Part shown: positions 24,730-37,232 of the stretch, one piece after another
Layout: every line of letters starts with the position of its first letter
How positions within the stretch are numbered: position 1 is the stretch's first letter
Assembly: GCF_030144855.1 (NCBI RefSeq)
Contig: NC_082706.1
Span: 106,702,001 to 106,766,000 of the forward strand
Direction: 5' to 3'
DNA length: 64,000 bases
Source: Hypanus sabinus
Lineage: Eukaryota
Position numbers and translations under genes: made by a program
Notes under the pieces: generated by a model
Told to the model about the DNA's origin: nothing
What the model saw: only the letters and a program-made list of their open reading frames with translations
Databases searched by the model: none

Positions 24730-25554
24730 TGTTATGAATGTGCCACAACTCTGAGGGGCTGAAGGGTACAAAGTTGCCCCCTCCTGTTTGAGAATTGCAA
24801 GATCGCTATTAATTCGGGTCTGGGACCCAGGAAATGAGAGAGAGACACGCAGAATCCTCAAGTTTTGGAATGTGTCCTAGCCTCCATGAAACAAAAACCC
24901 CTGATAACGGCTATTGTCTCTTGGAGACGGAATGGTGTATTGAGTACTGTATTATTCATTGAAGCCCTCAGGGGATGATCAGAGTGGGCTGGTTGAGGGA
25001 TTGCATCATCCCAACCTGATTGACATCTGAGACCCCGTGAGTAAGGATAAAAGAGGGTTTAGATGCACCAGGAGAAACGCTGGAAAGCCAGTGACAGTGT
25101 TTTATAGCGAACGCCAGTGAGGACCCGTGTACGTCCTCCCTTGCCAGGGTAGCGGGCTCATCACGGAAGAACGGCTTAGCTAAAGGAGAGGCCACAAGTG
25201 AACGGCCACACTAACGAGACTCTGATGGATCGAAATTATAAAAGGAATTGGCAAGTTTCTCCAAATCTCTCTCTCTCTCCAACCCAAGGCTGCAGCCTGC
25301 ATGAACTGAGTGACTTTTATATTTCCATCGGACAATACATTATCTCCTAGACAACGATAGAGCGTATTTCTTATTGATTATTATTATACCCGTACTTTTA
25401 GATTTAGTATAGACGACGTCTATTATCTGTATGTTTGCATTGATATTATTTTTGTGTATTTTTACTAATAAATACTGTTAAAAATAGTACCATCAGACTT
25501 CAACGGACCTCTCTATCTTTGCTGGTAAGTGACCCAGTTACGGGTTTCATAACA
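24730..25554 (+). repeat. 3' LTR
   Basis: TGTTATGAA...TTCATAACA, preceded by a polypurine tract. Confidence 0.95.
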
Positions 25555-26632
25555 ATGTAATAATAACAGCGTTGTCGTGATGGGAGATTTTAATTTCCCT
25601 AGCGCAAGGGTTTAGATGGGGTGGAGTTTCTTAGGTGATTTCAGGAAGGTTTCTTGCCACAATATGTAGATAAGTCTACAAGAGGAGAGGCTGTACTTGA
25701 TTTGGTATTGGGAAATGAAGCTGGTCAGGTGTCAGGTCTCTCAGTGGGAGAGCATTTAGGAGATAGTGATCATAATTCTGTCTCCTTTACAATAGCATTG
25801 GAGAGGCATAGGAACAGACAAGTTACAAAAGCGTTTAATTGGAGTAAGGGGAATTATCAGGCTATTGGGAAGGAAATTGGAGGATTAAATTGGAAACAGA
25901 TTTTCTCAGGGAAAAGTACAGAAGAAATGTGGCAAATGTTCAGGGGATATTTGTGTGCAGTTCTGCATAGGTACGTTCTAATCAGACAGGGAAGTTATGG
26001 TAGGGTACAGGAAGCATGGTGTACAAAGGCTGTAATAAATCTGGTCAAGAAGAAAAGAAAAGCTTACAAAAGGTTCAGATGGCTAGGTAATGTTAGAGAT
26101 CTAGAAGATTAAAAGGCTAATAGGAAGGTGCTTAAGAAGGAAATTAGGAGAGCCAAAAGGGGCCATGACAAGGCCTTGGCAGGCAAGGTTAAGGTAAATC
26201 CCAAGGCATTCTACAAGTATGTGAAGAGCAAGAGGATAAGACGTGAAAGAATAGAACCTATCACGTGCGACAGTGGGAAAGTGTATATGGAACCCGAGGA
26301 AATAGCACAAGTACTTAATGAATACTTCAGTATTCACTATGGAAAAGGATCTTGGTGATTGTAGTGATGACTTTCAGCAGACTGAAAAGCTTCAGCATGT
26401 AGATATTAATAAAGAGGATGTGCTGGAGCTTTTGGAAAGCATCAAGTTGGATAAGTCACCAGGAGCAGATGAGTTGTACCCCAGGCTATGGTGGGAGGTG
26501 AGGGAGCAGATTGCTGAGCCTCTGACTATGATCTTTGCATCATCAATGGGGATGGGAGAGGTTCCGGAGGATTGGAGGGTTGCGAATGTTGTTCCTTTAT
26601 TCAAGAAAGGGAGTAGAGATAGCTCAGGAAAT

Positions 26633-29600
26633 TGGGATGGGGGAAGAGAGAGGGAGGGAATTACCGGAAGTTGGAGAATTTGATATTCATACCAAGGGGC
26701 TGGAGACTACTCAGACGGTATATGAGATGTTGCTCCTCCAACCTGGGTTTGGCCTCATCATGGCAGTAGAGGAGGCCATGTATGGACATATCCGAATGGG
26801 AATGTGAAGCAGAGTTGACGTGGGTGGCAACCGGGAGATCCTGTCTGTTGTGGCGGACGGAGCGTAGGTGCTCGACGAAGCGGTCCCCCAATCTGCGTCG
26901 GGTCTCGCCAATGTAGAGGAGGCCACACTGGGAGCACCAGATGCAATAGATTATCCCAACAGACTCACAAGTGAAGTGTTGCCTCACCTGGAAGGACTGT
27001 TTGGGGCCCTGAATGGTGGTAAGAGAGGAAGTATAGGGACAGGTGTAGCACCTGCGCTTGCAGGGATAAGTACCAGGTGGGAGATCTGTGGGGAGGGACG
27101 TGTGGACCAAGCAGTCGCGGAGGGAACGATCCCTGCGAAAAGCAGAGAGCGGTAGAGAGGGCAAGATGTCCTTAGTGGTGGGGTCCTGTTGAAGGTGGCG
27201 GAAGTTGCAGAGGATAATATGCTGGATCCTGAGGCTGGTGGGGTGGTAGGTGAGGACAAGGGGAACATAGTCCCTGTTTTGGTGACGGGAGGATGGGTTG
27301 AGGGCCGAAGTGCGGGAAATGGAGGAGATGCGGGTGAGGGCATCATTGATAACAGCAGAAGGGAAACCACGATTCTTAAAGAAAGAGGACATTTGGGATG
27401 TCCTGAAACAGAAAGCCTCATCCTGGGAACAGATGCAGCGGAAACGGAGGAACTGGGAATAGGAATAGGAATAGGAACTGGGAAAATGCATTTTTACATT
27501 TGGCAGGGCGGGAAGAGATATAGTCGAGGTAGTTATGGGAGTCAGTGGGTTTATCGAAGATGTCAGTGGACAGTCTGGCTCCAGAGATGGAGACTGAGAG
27601 ATCGAGAAAGGGGAGAGAAGTGTCCGAGATGGACCAAGTGAATTTGAGGGCTGAGTGGAAGTTAGAGGCAAAGTTGATGAAATTGACGAGCTCAGCATGG
27701 CTGCAGGAAGTAGCACCAATGTAGTCGTCAATGTAGTGAAGGAAAAGTTGGGGAGCAGTACCAGTATAGATTTGGAGCATAGACTGTTCCACATAACCCA
27801 CGAAGAGGCAGGCATAGCTGGGCCCCATGTGAGTGCCCATAGCTCCACCCTTGGTCTGAAGAAAGTGGGAAGAGCCTGAAGAGAAGCTATTAAGTGTGAG
27901 TACCAGTTCCGCCAACCGGAGGAGTGTGGTGGTGTTGGGGAACTGATGAGGTCCTTTGTCAAGAAAGTAGCGGAGGGCTTTGAGGCCTTCTTGATGGGGA
28001 ATTGAACTGTATAAGGATTGGACATCCATGGTGAAAATGAAGCGGTCGGGACCGGAGAACTGGAAGTTATTGAAGAGGTGGAGGGCATGGGATGTATCCC
28101 GGATATAGGTAGGGAGCAACTGAACTATGGGTGACAAAATGGAGTCCAGGTAGGCAGATACAAGTTCGGCGGGGCAGGAGCAGGCCCAAACTATGGGCCT
28201 ACCAGGACAGTCAGGCTTATGAATCTTGGAGAGGAGGTAAAACCGAGCAATGCAGGGTGTGGAAATTATGAGTTTTTTGGCTGAGGATGGAGGGTCTCCA
28301 GAGTTGATAAGGGCGGTGATGGTACAGGAGACAATGGTTTGATGATTTTTGATGGGGTCCTGTTCCAGGGGTAAGTAAGAGGAGGTGTCAGAGAGCTGCC
28401 GTTTGGCCTCAGTGAGGTAGAGGTCCATCCGCCAGACTACTACGGCACCACCTTTGTCTGTGGGTTTGATGGTGACGTTAGGATTAGTGCAGAGAGAGTG
28501 GAGGGCAGTGCGTTCAGAGGGAGTGAGGTTGGAACAGAATAGAGGAGTGGTGAAGTTGAGACGTGTAAAGGGGGTTTCTTTTTTTTCCTTTGGTACTGTT
28601 GGGAACTTTGGTACTGTTCTTTGTTTGTTAAAAGCAGGAATGTTTCTTTGTTGCGAGAGAGTGCTGGAAGCTTGTTTGTTACAATTTACTGATCATGAGA
28701 ATGGTATTCCTTTGTAAACCAAATGCGGATTAATGTTCTTTCTTCTGAGTCTGTAAGCTTTGGTTGACGGGCTTTTGGGCAGATCGGCGCGAGGGGGTCG
28801 AGAGAGAGAATGCAATGCTGTAAGTTGGGCGAGGAACGGACCCCAAGAGGGGGTCCGAGGCCGGGAGGTACTCCGAGGAGGGGGGATAAAGCTAGATGTG
28901 CTTGGTTGATCACTCGGAGGGTCCTGAGCTGCGAGTCGAGGAGTTCGGAGGGGATCGAATGGTGGCCAGAAGACTTAAGAAATTGAGCTCCAACGGTTGA
29001 GCACAAAGTGGTTTGGACTTTGATAAGTTTGGCGCCTTTTCTTTATTTTTTTTCTCTTCATATATACTGTATCGTTATTAATCACTTAGTTATAGTAACC
29101 TTTATAAATAGTACTCATTTAATCGCATATGGTGTACTGTCTGTTTTTGGGCGAGGCGGGGACATCACACAGCATCCACACCAGCTGATTAACCAGTTTG
29201 GCGGGGCTGAAGGCTGCTTCCCCTAGACGAAACGAGCTGAGCCAGCCTGAGGCAACCCAGGGGGTTACAGACGGTTGATGTCTCGGCAACAGTTGGAGAT
29301 GAAAAGATCGAGTGCAGGTAGAAGGCCCGGTGGGAGTGTCCAGGAAGAGGGTTGAAGACGGGAGAAGGGGTCATCAACAGAGGGAGGGGAGTCCTTGTTA
29401 AAGTAGTAGGCTCTGAGACGTAGGCGACAGAAGAAGAGTTCGGCGTCATGCCGGGCACAGAACTCACTGAGGTGTGGACGGAGGGGGACAAAGGTGAGGC
29501 CCTTGCTAAGCACAGAATACTCTGCCTCAGAGAGGGGAAGGTCAGAGGGGATGGTGAAGTCATGGCGAGGTTTGGGGTTGGGGTCAGAGAAAGGTAAAGA

Positions 29601-30170
29601 GTGAGAGGTCTCAGTTGGGAGGTGGGGGTTGGGATGTTCAGGGAGAGCGGGCTGAGGGGAGGATGAGGGATCAGAGGAATGGAGGGGAGATGAGGGGTGG
29701 AGGGAGGGTTGGGAGTCACTGGGAGGATAGGGGGTAGTAGAGGAATAAGACAAGTGGTAGGACCCAGCGGCAGTAAGAGCGGTCCCGGTCTGGATAGGGC
29801 CAGGACTTCGGTCCGAGCTGGATCTAGAGCTGGGGGTGTCGGAGTCTGTGGCCTGCAGGGCGCCAGAACTGAGGTCCGAATCAGAAGCGAGTGAGTCCAT
29901 GGCGCGCTGGGGGCTGATGCCCATGTTCTGAATACTGTGGTTCCAATGGGAGTTAGAGTCAGAGGCGGATGGGTCTTCAGACTGCCGAAGGTCTGAGAAG
30001 TTGAAGTCCGAGAGGTCGGGGTCCGGGCTGGAGGCGGGCGAGCTTGTGATCCTTCTTGGACGGGATGTGAGGAAAGAGAAGAGACGGCGGTTGGAGGCGT
30101 GAATTCGGCGGAGAATGAAGTGTAAGAGAGGTCCATGGCAGACAGTTGAGCATCTGTAGTATACTTTTTG
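26633..30170 (-). mobile_element. Penelope-like element (RT + GIY-YIG endonuclease), frameshifted and interrupted by a solo LTR
   Basis: N-terminal LSKGLTFVP. RT motifs FYLLSKIHKP..GRPIV, TMDVQSLY, GAMGTHMGP, YIDD, FLDL. GIY-YIG motif IIYCIWCSQCGLLYIGETRRRLGDRFVEH. A (GGAATA)n expansion near 27460-27480 breaks the frame. Confidence 0.92.
28564..29269. mobile_element. Solo LTR (706 bp) with 4-bp target-site duplication
   Basis: TGTAA...TTACA flanked by GACG on both sides. Removing it restores the Penelope frame RDINRL|NF. Confidence 0.88.
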
Positions 30171-31639
30171 TTAAATATTAACCACCATTCTCTGGCTTCT
30201 TCCACTAAGCCAACATTGAATGCAACTGACTTCTTCATCCTCAATGTCAAGCGACTTAATCTTCTTGACGAGTCTGCCATGTAGTAATTTATCAAAGGCC
30301 TTGCTAAAGACCATGGCATTCCCTTTATCAAACTTCTTAGTAACTTACTTTAACAAAAATCTCTATAAATTGGTTTGACGTGTCTTGCCAAGCATTGAGC
30401 CATTTTACTTATCTCTTATCAGGACCTGTCTTTGCAAACACTGGTACATGTACGTCCTATCCATGAGAAAACGTTCAGATAATTCACCCATGATTAATGT
30501 CAGGTTCACCAGGCTCTAGTTACCTGTTTATTAATAGAACCATTCTCAAACATTAGCTGCCCTCTAATCGTCAGGTACCTCACCCATGGCTAAGGATGTT
30601 TTAAATATTACTGCTAGGGCCCCTGTAATTTCTGCACTAGCGTCCCACAAGGTTGGAGAGGACACCTCGTCAGGCCTTTGGGATTTATACACCCTAAATT
30701 TGTCTCAAGACACAAGCACCTCCTCTTCTGTAATCAGAACATGGTCTATGACCTCTACTATTTTGCCAGATTCTATGGAATATGTGTGTGTCCTAAGTAA
30801 ATGCAAACACAATGAAAAAGTTAATATTTACCCCATTTATTTTACCTCCATGCATACATAGCCAGCTTGATTTTCAACAGGACCAATTTTGTCCCTTGCT
30901 ATCCTCTTGCTCCTAATGTTCCTATGGAACCCTTGGATTCTGGTTCACCTTGTCTGCTAGAGCAACCACTTATCCCTTTTCAGCCTTCCTGATCTTTCAC
31001 TTGTATTCACTTGCATGTCTTATTTTCCTCCAGTGCCCCATTCAACACTAGCTGCCCATACCCAATATGTGTTCCCTTTATCTTTACCAGGCCTTCAATA
31101 TCCCCTGATAAATAAGGTTCTCTCAACCTTCCAGCCTTGCTTTTTATCCTAATAGAAATATAGACATTATGTACTCTCAGTACTTTACTGTTCAGGGCCA
31201 CACACTTGCCAGCATCTCTTTGTTAGAAAACAGCCTGTCCCAAATCTACACCTGACAGATTGCTTCATATGCCATCAAATTGGTCATCCTCCAGTTCAGA
31301 ATCTTAACCTGAAAACCAATCCTATCCAATCTCCATAATTATTTTGATGTCTATGGAATTATGATCAGTATATACAAAGTATTTTACTATACTTACTTCT
31401 GTCACCTGCCCTATCTCATTTCTCAAAAAGAGATCCAGTATTGTGCTTTCTCTAGTTGGGACCTCTGCAAATTAGTAATGAAACATTCCTGAACACATTT
31501 GACAAACGCCATTTTGTCCGGATCTTTTACGTATGGGAGTCCCAATCAATATGCAGAAAGTTAAAATCACCCACTATCTCAACCTAAACACCAGAAATTC
31601 TGCAGTTGCTTAAAATCTAGAGTAACACGTAAAAAGTTC

Positions 31640-32165
31640 TGCAGGAACTCATGAGGTACTGCAAAAATGACTTATATGAGAATGATTCCAGGAACGAAAG
31701 GGTCACCCTATAAGGAATGTCTGGCAGCTCTTGGGCTGTATTCCCTGGAGTTCAGGAGCATGAGGGGATCTCATAGAAATATTCCTTATGTTAAAAGGCC
31801 TGAACAGATTAGATATGACAAAATTATTTCCCATGGTAAGGGAGTCTAGGACATGAGAGCACAACTTAGCAATTGAAGGACATCCATTTAAAACAGAGTT
31901 GCAGAGAAATTACTTTGCTCAGAGGGGGGTAAATCTGTGAAATTTGTTGCCATGAGTAGCTGTGGAGGCCAAGTCACTGGGTGCATTGAAGGCAGAGATA
32001 GATAGGTTCTTGATTAGGTAGGGCATCAAAGGGTGTAGGGAGATGGCAGGGGAGTGGGGATGACTGGAAGAATTGGATCAGTCCATTAATGAATGGAGGT
32101 GTAGACTCGATGGACCAAATGGCCTACATCTACTCCTATATCTTATGGTCTTATAGTCTATAGGT
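31640..32165 (+). mobile_element. CR1 3'-end fragment
   Basis: [22 protein letters not shown] with (TCTTATGG)-type tail; same family as 55780-56560. Confidence 0.75.
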
Positions 32166-32423
32166 TAGGTTTCCCTGAGAAGGAATAAAGCGTAATCCTT
32201 CAGGCCAGAACCTTTCATCAGGACCCTTCATGAGTCCTGATGAAGGGTCTTGGCCAAAAACATTTACTGTTTATTCTTTTCCGTGGTTGCTGACTTTCTC
32301 TTGCATTTTCTATGTGTTCCTGTCACAACTTTATATTGCTTGCCACTGTCTGCTATCTCCCTATGAATTGGTTCATCCAAATCCTGTTGACTATTGGAAG
32401 GTCTATAAAGTCCCATTAACATG

Positions 32424-34337
32424 ACAAGTGAGGTGGAAAATCTAGTCAGGTGGAAGAAGGCAGTATTCATGAGGTTTAGGAAGCAAGGATCAGATGGGTC
32501 TATTGAGGAATATAGGGTAGCAAGAAAGGGGCATGAGAAGGCCTTGGCGAGTAGGGTAAGGGAAAACCTCAAGGCATTCTTCAATTATGTGAAGAACAAA
32601 AGGATGACAGGAGTGAAGGTAGGACTGATTCGAGATAAAGGTGGGAAGATGTGCCTGGAGGCTGTGGAAGTGAGTGAGGTCCTCAATGAATACTTCTCTT
32701 CGGTATTCACCAATGAGAGGGAACTTGATGACGGTGTGGACAATATGAGTGAGGTTGATGTTCTGGACCATGTTGATATTAAGGGAGAGAAGGTGTTGGA
32801 GTTGTTAAAGTACATTAGGACAGATAAGTCCCCGGGGCCTGACGGAATATTCCCCAGGCTGCTCCAAGAGGTGAGGAAAGAGATTGTTGAGCCTCTGGCT
32901 AGGATCTTTATGTCCTCATTGCCCATGGGAATGGTACCAGAGGATTGGAGAGAGGCGAATGTTATCCCCTTATTCAAAAAAGGTAGTAGGGATAGTCTGG
33001 GTAATTACAGACCAGTGAGCCTTACATCTGTGATGGGAAAGCTATTGGAAAAGATTCCTGGAGATAGGACCTATGGGCATTTAGAGAATCATGGTCTGAT
33101 CAGGGACAGTCAGCATGGCTTTGAGAAGGGGAGATCATCTCTAACAAGTCTGATAGAGTTCTTTGAGGAGGTGACCAGGCATATAGATGAGGGTAGTGCA
33201 GTGGATGTGATCTACATGGATTTTAGTAAGGCATTTGACAAAGTTCCACACGAAAGGTTTATTCAGACACTCGGAAGGCATGGGATCCAAGGAAGTTTGA
33301 AGCTTGCCTGCAGAAGGCAGAGGGTCGTGGTGGAGGGAGTACATTCAGATTGGAGGGTTGTGACTAGTGGTTTCCCATAAGGATCCGTTCTGGGACATCT
33401 AATTTTTGTGATTTTTATTAATGACCTGGATGTGGGGGTAGAAGGGTGGGTTGGCAAGTTTGCAGATGACACAAAGGTTGGTGGTGTTGTAGATAGTGTA
33501 GAGGATTGTCGAAGGTTGCAGAGAGACATTGATACAATACAGAAGTGGGCTGAGAAGTGGCCGATGGAGTTCTACATGGAGAAGTGTGAGGTGGTACACT
33601 TAGGAAAGACAAACTCCAAGGCAGAATACAAAGTAAATGGCAGGATACTTGGTTGTGTGGAGGAGCAGAGGGATCTGGGGGTACATGCCCACAGATCCCT
33701 GAAAGTTGCCTCACAGGTATTTAAGAAAGCTTATGGGGTGTTAGCTTTCATAAGTCGTGGGATAGAGTTTAAGAGTCGTGGGTTAATGATGCAGCAATAT
33801 AAAACTCTGGTTAGGCCACACTTGGAGTACTGTGTCCAGTTCTGGTCACTGCACTATAGGAAGGATGTGGAAGCATTGGAAAGGGTACAGAGGAGATTTA
33901 CCAGGATGCTGCCTGGTTTAGAGAGTATGGATTATGATCAGAGATTAGGGGAGCTAGGGCTTTACTGTTTGGAGAGAAGGAGGATGAGAGGAGACATGAT
34001 AGAGGTGTACAAGATATTAAGAGGAATAGACAGAGTGGACAGCCAGTGCCTCTTTCCCAGGGCACCACTGCTCAGTACAAGAGGACATGGCTTTAAGGTA
34101 AGGGGAGGGACGTTCAAGGGGATATTAGAGGAAGGTTTTTTACTCAGAGAGTGGTTGGTGCATGGAATGCACTGCCTGAGACAGTGGCGGAGGCAGATAC
34201 ACTAGTGAAGTTTAAGAGACCACTAGACAGGTACATGGAGGAATTTAAGTTGGGGGGTTATATGGGAGGCAGGGTTTGAGGGTCAGCACAACATTGTGGG
34301 TTGAAGGGCCTGTAATGTGCTCTACTATTCTATGTTC
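32424..34337 (+). mobile_element. 5'-truncated CR1 LINE (RT half) with TSD
   Basis: ORFs 32421-33380 and 33408-34205 carry RT motifs (YMDFSKAFDKV, FADD). TSD TAACATG at 32417-32423 and 34338-34344. The empty site is visible in copy A near 18725-18740. Confidence 0.9.
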
Positions 34338-36067
34338 TAACATGGCCATCCATAGATTCACAGAAATTGCCTTGGCAGATGAGCTTTACATATGTCATCT
34401 GAGCATTGCTTTGACATCATCCACGATGAGTAATGTATGAGTACTCCCTCCTGCTTTAATACCACCTTCCCTGTCATGTCTAAGTCAGCAGATTGCCAGT
34501 ACATTGGGCTGTCAGTCCTGCCCCTCCGGTCTCAATAATGGTTTCAACATCTTAAGTACACGCATGGATCCATTCTCTATGTACATCAGCCTACCTAAAA
34601 CTGTCACTGTTTTGCAATAGAAGTAACTCAGAACATTTGTCCACGCTGCTCAATCTTGCAGTTTCCATTTCTGCTTAAAAACAAGAGATTCCGCAGATGC
34701 TGGAATTCCAAAGCAACACCCAGAAAATCTTTGCTTGTGGTCCTAACATCTATTTTCACTCAACCACTTCATTGTTGTCCTGCCACTCTGGATGCTATCC
34801 CTCTGAAACGCTAGTTTCAACACCTCTCACCCACCCTAGGCAGGATCAGTAAACCTTCCTAAATTGATTTTTGTCCTTCTCCAGTTTGGGTGAAAACTGT
34901 CCTATTTGCACGGATCCCAGCTACCCTGGAAGAGAGTGCAGAGATCAAAAAAATCTGAAGCCCTCTCCCATCGACCATCTGCTTGGCCACGTGTTAAACT
35001 GCACTGTCTTCCTTGTTTTTTGCCTCACTAGCATGGATAGCAATCCTGAAGTCACCACCTTGGAGGTCCTGTCTTCTAACTTTGCACCTAACTCCCTGAA
35101 TACATTTTGCAGGTCCCCGTCACTTTTCCTGCTTATATCATTCATACCAATGAGTTCCATGACTTAAGGCTTCTCAGCCTCCCCCTTAAGATAGCTATGG
35201 ACTCAATACAAGATATCTCTGATCCTCTGCACCTGGAATGCAATATACCTCCTGTGGTAGGTTATCTCCATAAAACAATCTAAACTGATAACCTTGCTGG
35301 GGGTAATGGCCACAGGGGTATTCTGCACTGACTGCCAATTCCCTTTCCCACTCTTGATGATCACCCAGCTACCTGTTTCTAGCAACATAGCGGTAACGGT
35401 CTCTCTGTAACTCCTATCAACCCCTCATTTTTCTGAATGATCTGAAGGTCATCTACCATAGATCCAATTCCCTAACACAGTTTGTAAAGAGCTGCAACTG
35501 GATGCACTTATCACAGGTACAGACATCTCCCTAACTTCCCACCTCATGCATTGGGAGCACACCACTGCACTAGGTTCTAAACCCACTGGTCTGTCGGTAG
35601 AACAATAGAGAAAGAAATTAAATGAACATAAATTCAGAGAAGTTTATAGAATCATGAGGGGTATAAAGGGGTCCTAGCCTTTTCCCCAGGACTGGAGAAT
35701 CCAAATCTGAAACAAGGTAACGGGGAAGAGATTTAAAAGAGACCTAAAAGATAATATCTTTATGCAACAGATAGTGAGCAGACTGAGGAAGTGGTTGAGA
35801 CGGGTGCATTTGCAATATTTCAGAGGTATTTGCATGGGCACATGGAAGGAAAGGGCTTGAAGGGCCACGAGTCAAATGCAGAAACTGGATCTAGCAGGTT
35901 AGCATGAACCATCTGTGCTGAAGGGCCTATATCCAGGGTATGTTACTCGAAGGAAGTAGTATGTGTGTGAGGCCAGTTTTCTGTGCTCAGTGTCAGATGT
36001 GGGGGGTGCTGGAGTCTCCCAGCCTTCTGGATGGCCATATCTGTACCAGGTGTGTCGAGCTGCAGCT

Positions 36068-37232
36068 AAATATAGTGTACAGTATATGGATTTCAACAAG
36101 GCATTTGACAAGGTACCCCATGCAAGGCTTATTGAGAAAGTTAAAAAGGCATGGGATCCAAGGGGACATTGCTTTGTGGATCCAGAACTGGTTTGCCCAC
36201 AGAAGGCAAAGGGTGGTTGTAGACAAGTTGTATTCTGCATGGAGGTCAGTCACCAGCGGGGTGCCTCAGGGATCTGTTCTGGGACCTATACTCTTTGTGA
36301 TTATTATAAATGACTTGGATGACAAAGTGGGGGGATGGGTTGGTGAGTTTGTTGTTGACACAAAGGTTGGGGTTGGGGGTGTTGTGGATAGTGTGGAGGG
36401 CTGTCAGAGGTTACAGCGTGACAGGGAAGTGGCAGATGGAGTTCAACCCAAGTAAGTGTGAAATGGTTCATTTTTGCAGGTCAAATATGATGGCAGAATG
36501 TAGTGTTAATGGTAAGACTCTTGGCAGTGTGGAGGATCAGAGGAATCTTGGGGTCCAAGTCCAAAGGATGCTCAAAGCAGCTGCGCTGGTTAACTCTGTG
36601 ATTCAGAAGAAGTATGGTTATTGGCCTTCATCAATCGTTAAATTGTATTTAGGAGCCGAGAGGTAATGTTGCAGCTATATAGGACCCTGGTCAGACCCCA
36701 GTTGGAGCACTGTGCTCAGTTCTGGTCGCCTCACTACAGGAAGGATGTGGAAACCATAGAAAGGGCACAGAGGAGATTGCCTGGATTGAGGAGCATGCCT
36801 TAGGAGAATAGGTTGAGTGAATTCAGCCTTTTCTCCTTGGAGTGAAGGAGGATAAGAGGTGACTTGATAGAAGTGTACAAGATGATGAGAGGCATTGATC
36901 ATGTGGATAGTAAAAGGCTTTTCCCAGGGCTGAAATGGTTGCCACAAGAAGACACAGGTTTAAGGAGCTGGCTGCTGGGGAGTAGGTACAGAGAAGATGT
37001 CAGGGGTACGTTTTTTACTCAGAGAGTGGTGAGTATGTGGAATGGGCTGCTGGCAACAGTGGTGGAGGCAAATACAATAGGGGCTTTTAAGAGACTTTTA
37101 GATAGGTACATGGAGCTTAGTGAAATAGAGGGCTATAGGTAAGCCTAGTAATTTCTAAGGTAGGGGCATGTTTGGCACAACTTTGTGGGTTGAAGGGACT
37201 GTATTGTGCTGCAGGTTTTCTATGTTTCTATG
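36068..37232 (+). mobile_element. CR1 RT and 3' end fragment
   Basis: YMDFNKAFDKVPH, GVPQGSVLGP and an (TTTCTATG)-type tail. Confidence 0.85.

Larger units (their letters stand above)
21712..25554 (+). mobile_element. Internally deleted Gypsy LTR retrotransposon (LTR-PBS-gag-protease-PPT-LTR, no RT/RNaseH/IN)
   Basis: Two LTRs of about 830 bp and 4-bp TSD ATGT (21708-21711, 25555-25558). PBS-like TGGGGGCCTC..GAGATTTGA at 22545 and PPT GAGGGAAGGGGG at 24718-24729. CCHC knuckle CFHCGKVGHIASKC and protease DTGA at 24093-24104. Confidence 0.93.
20350..26632 (+). mobile_element. CR1 LINE (ORF1, endonuclease, start of RT), split by a Gypsy insertion and cut off by Penelope
   Basis: ORF1 ends FAQATGESLN* at 21293. 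The frame QILERC|NNNSVVVMGDFN is continuous across 21711/25555. KLDKSPG...WRVANVVPLFKKG lies at 26440-26610. Confidence 0.85.
30177..36067. repeat. Segmental duplication block X, copy B
   Basis: Collinear with 15097-20466. It lacks the L1 insert but carries its own insertions at about 31450-32310 and 32424-34337. Confidence 0.85.

Noticed and set aside
29189-30331. 380-aa Pro/Ser-rich minus-strand ORF
   Set aside because: Alternative frame of the low-complexity Penelope N-terminal region, running into the solo LTR; not a host gene.
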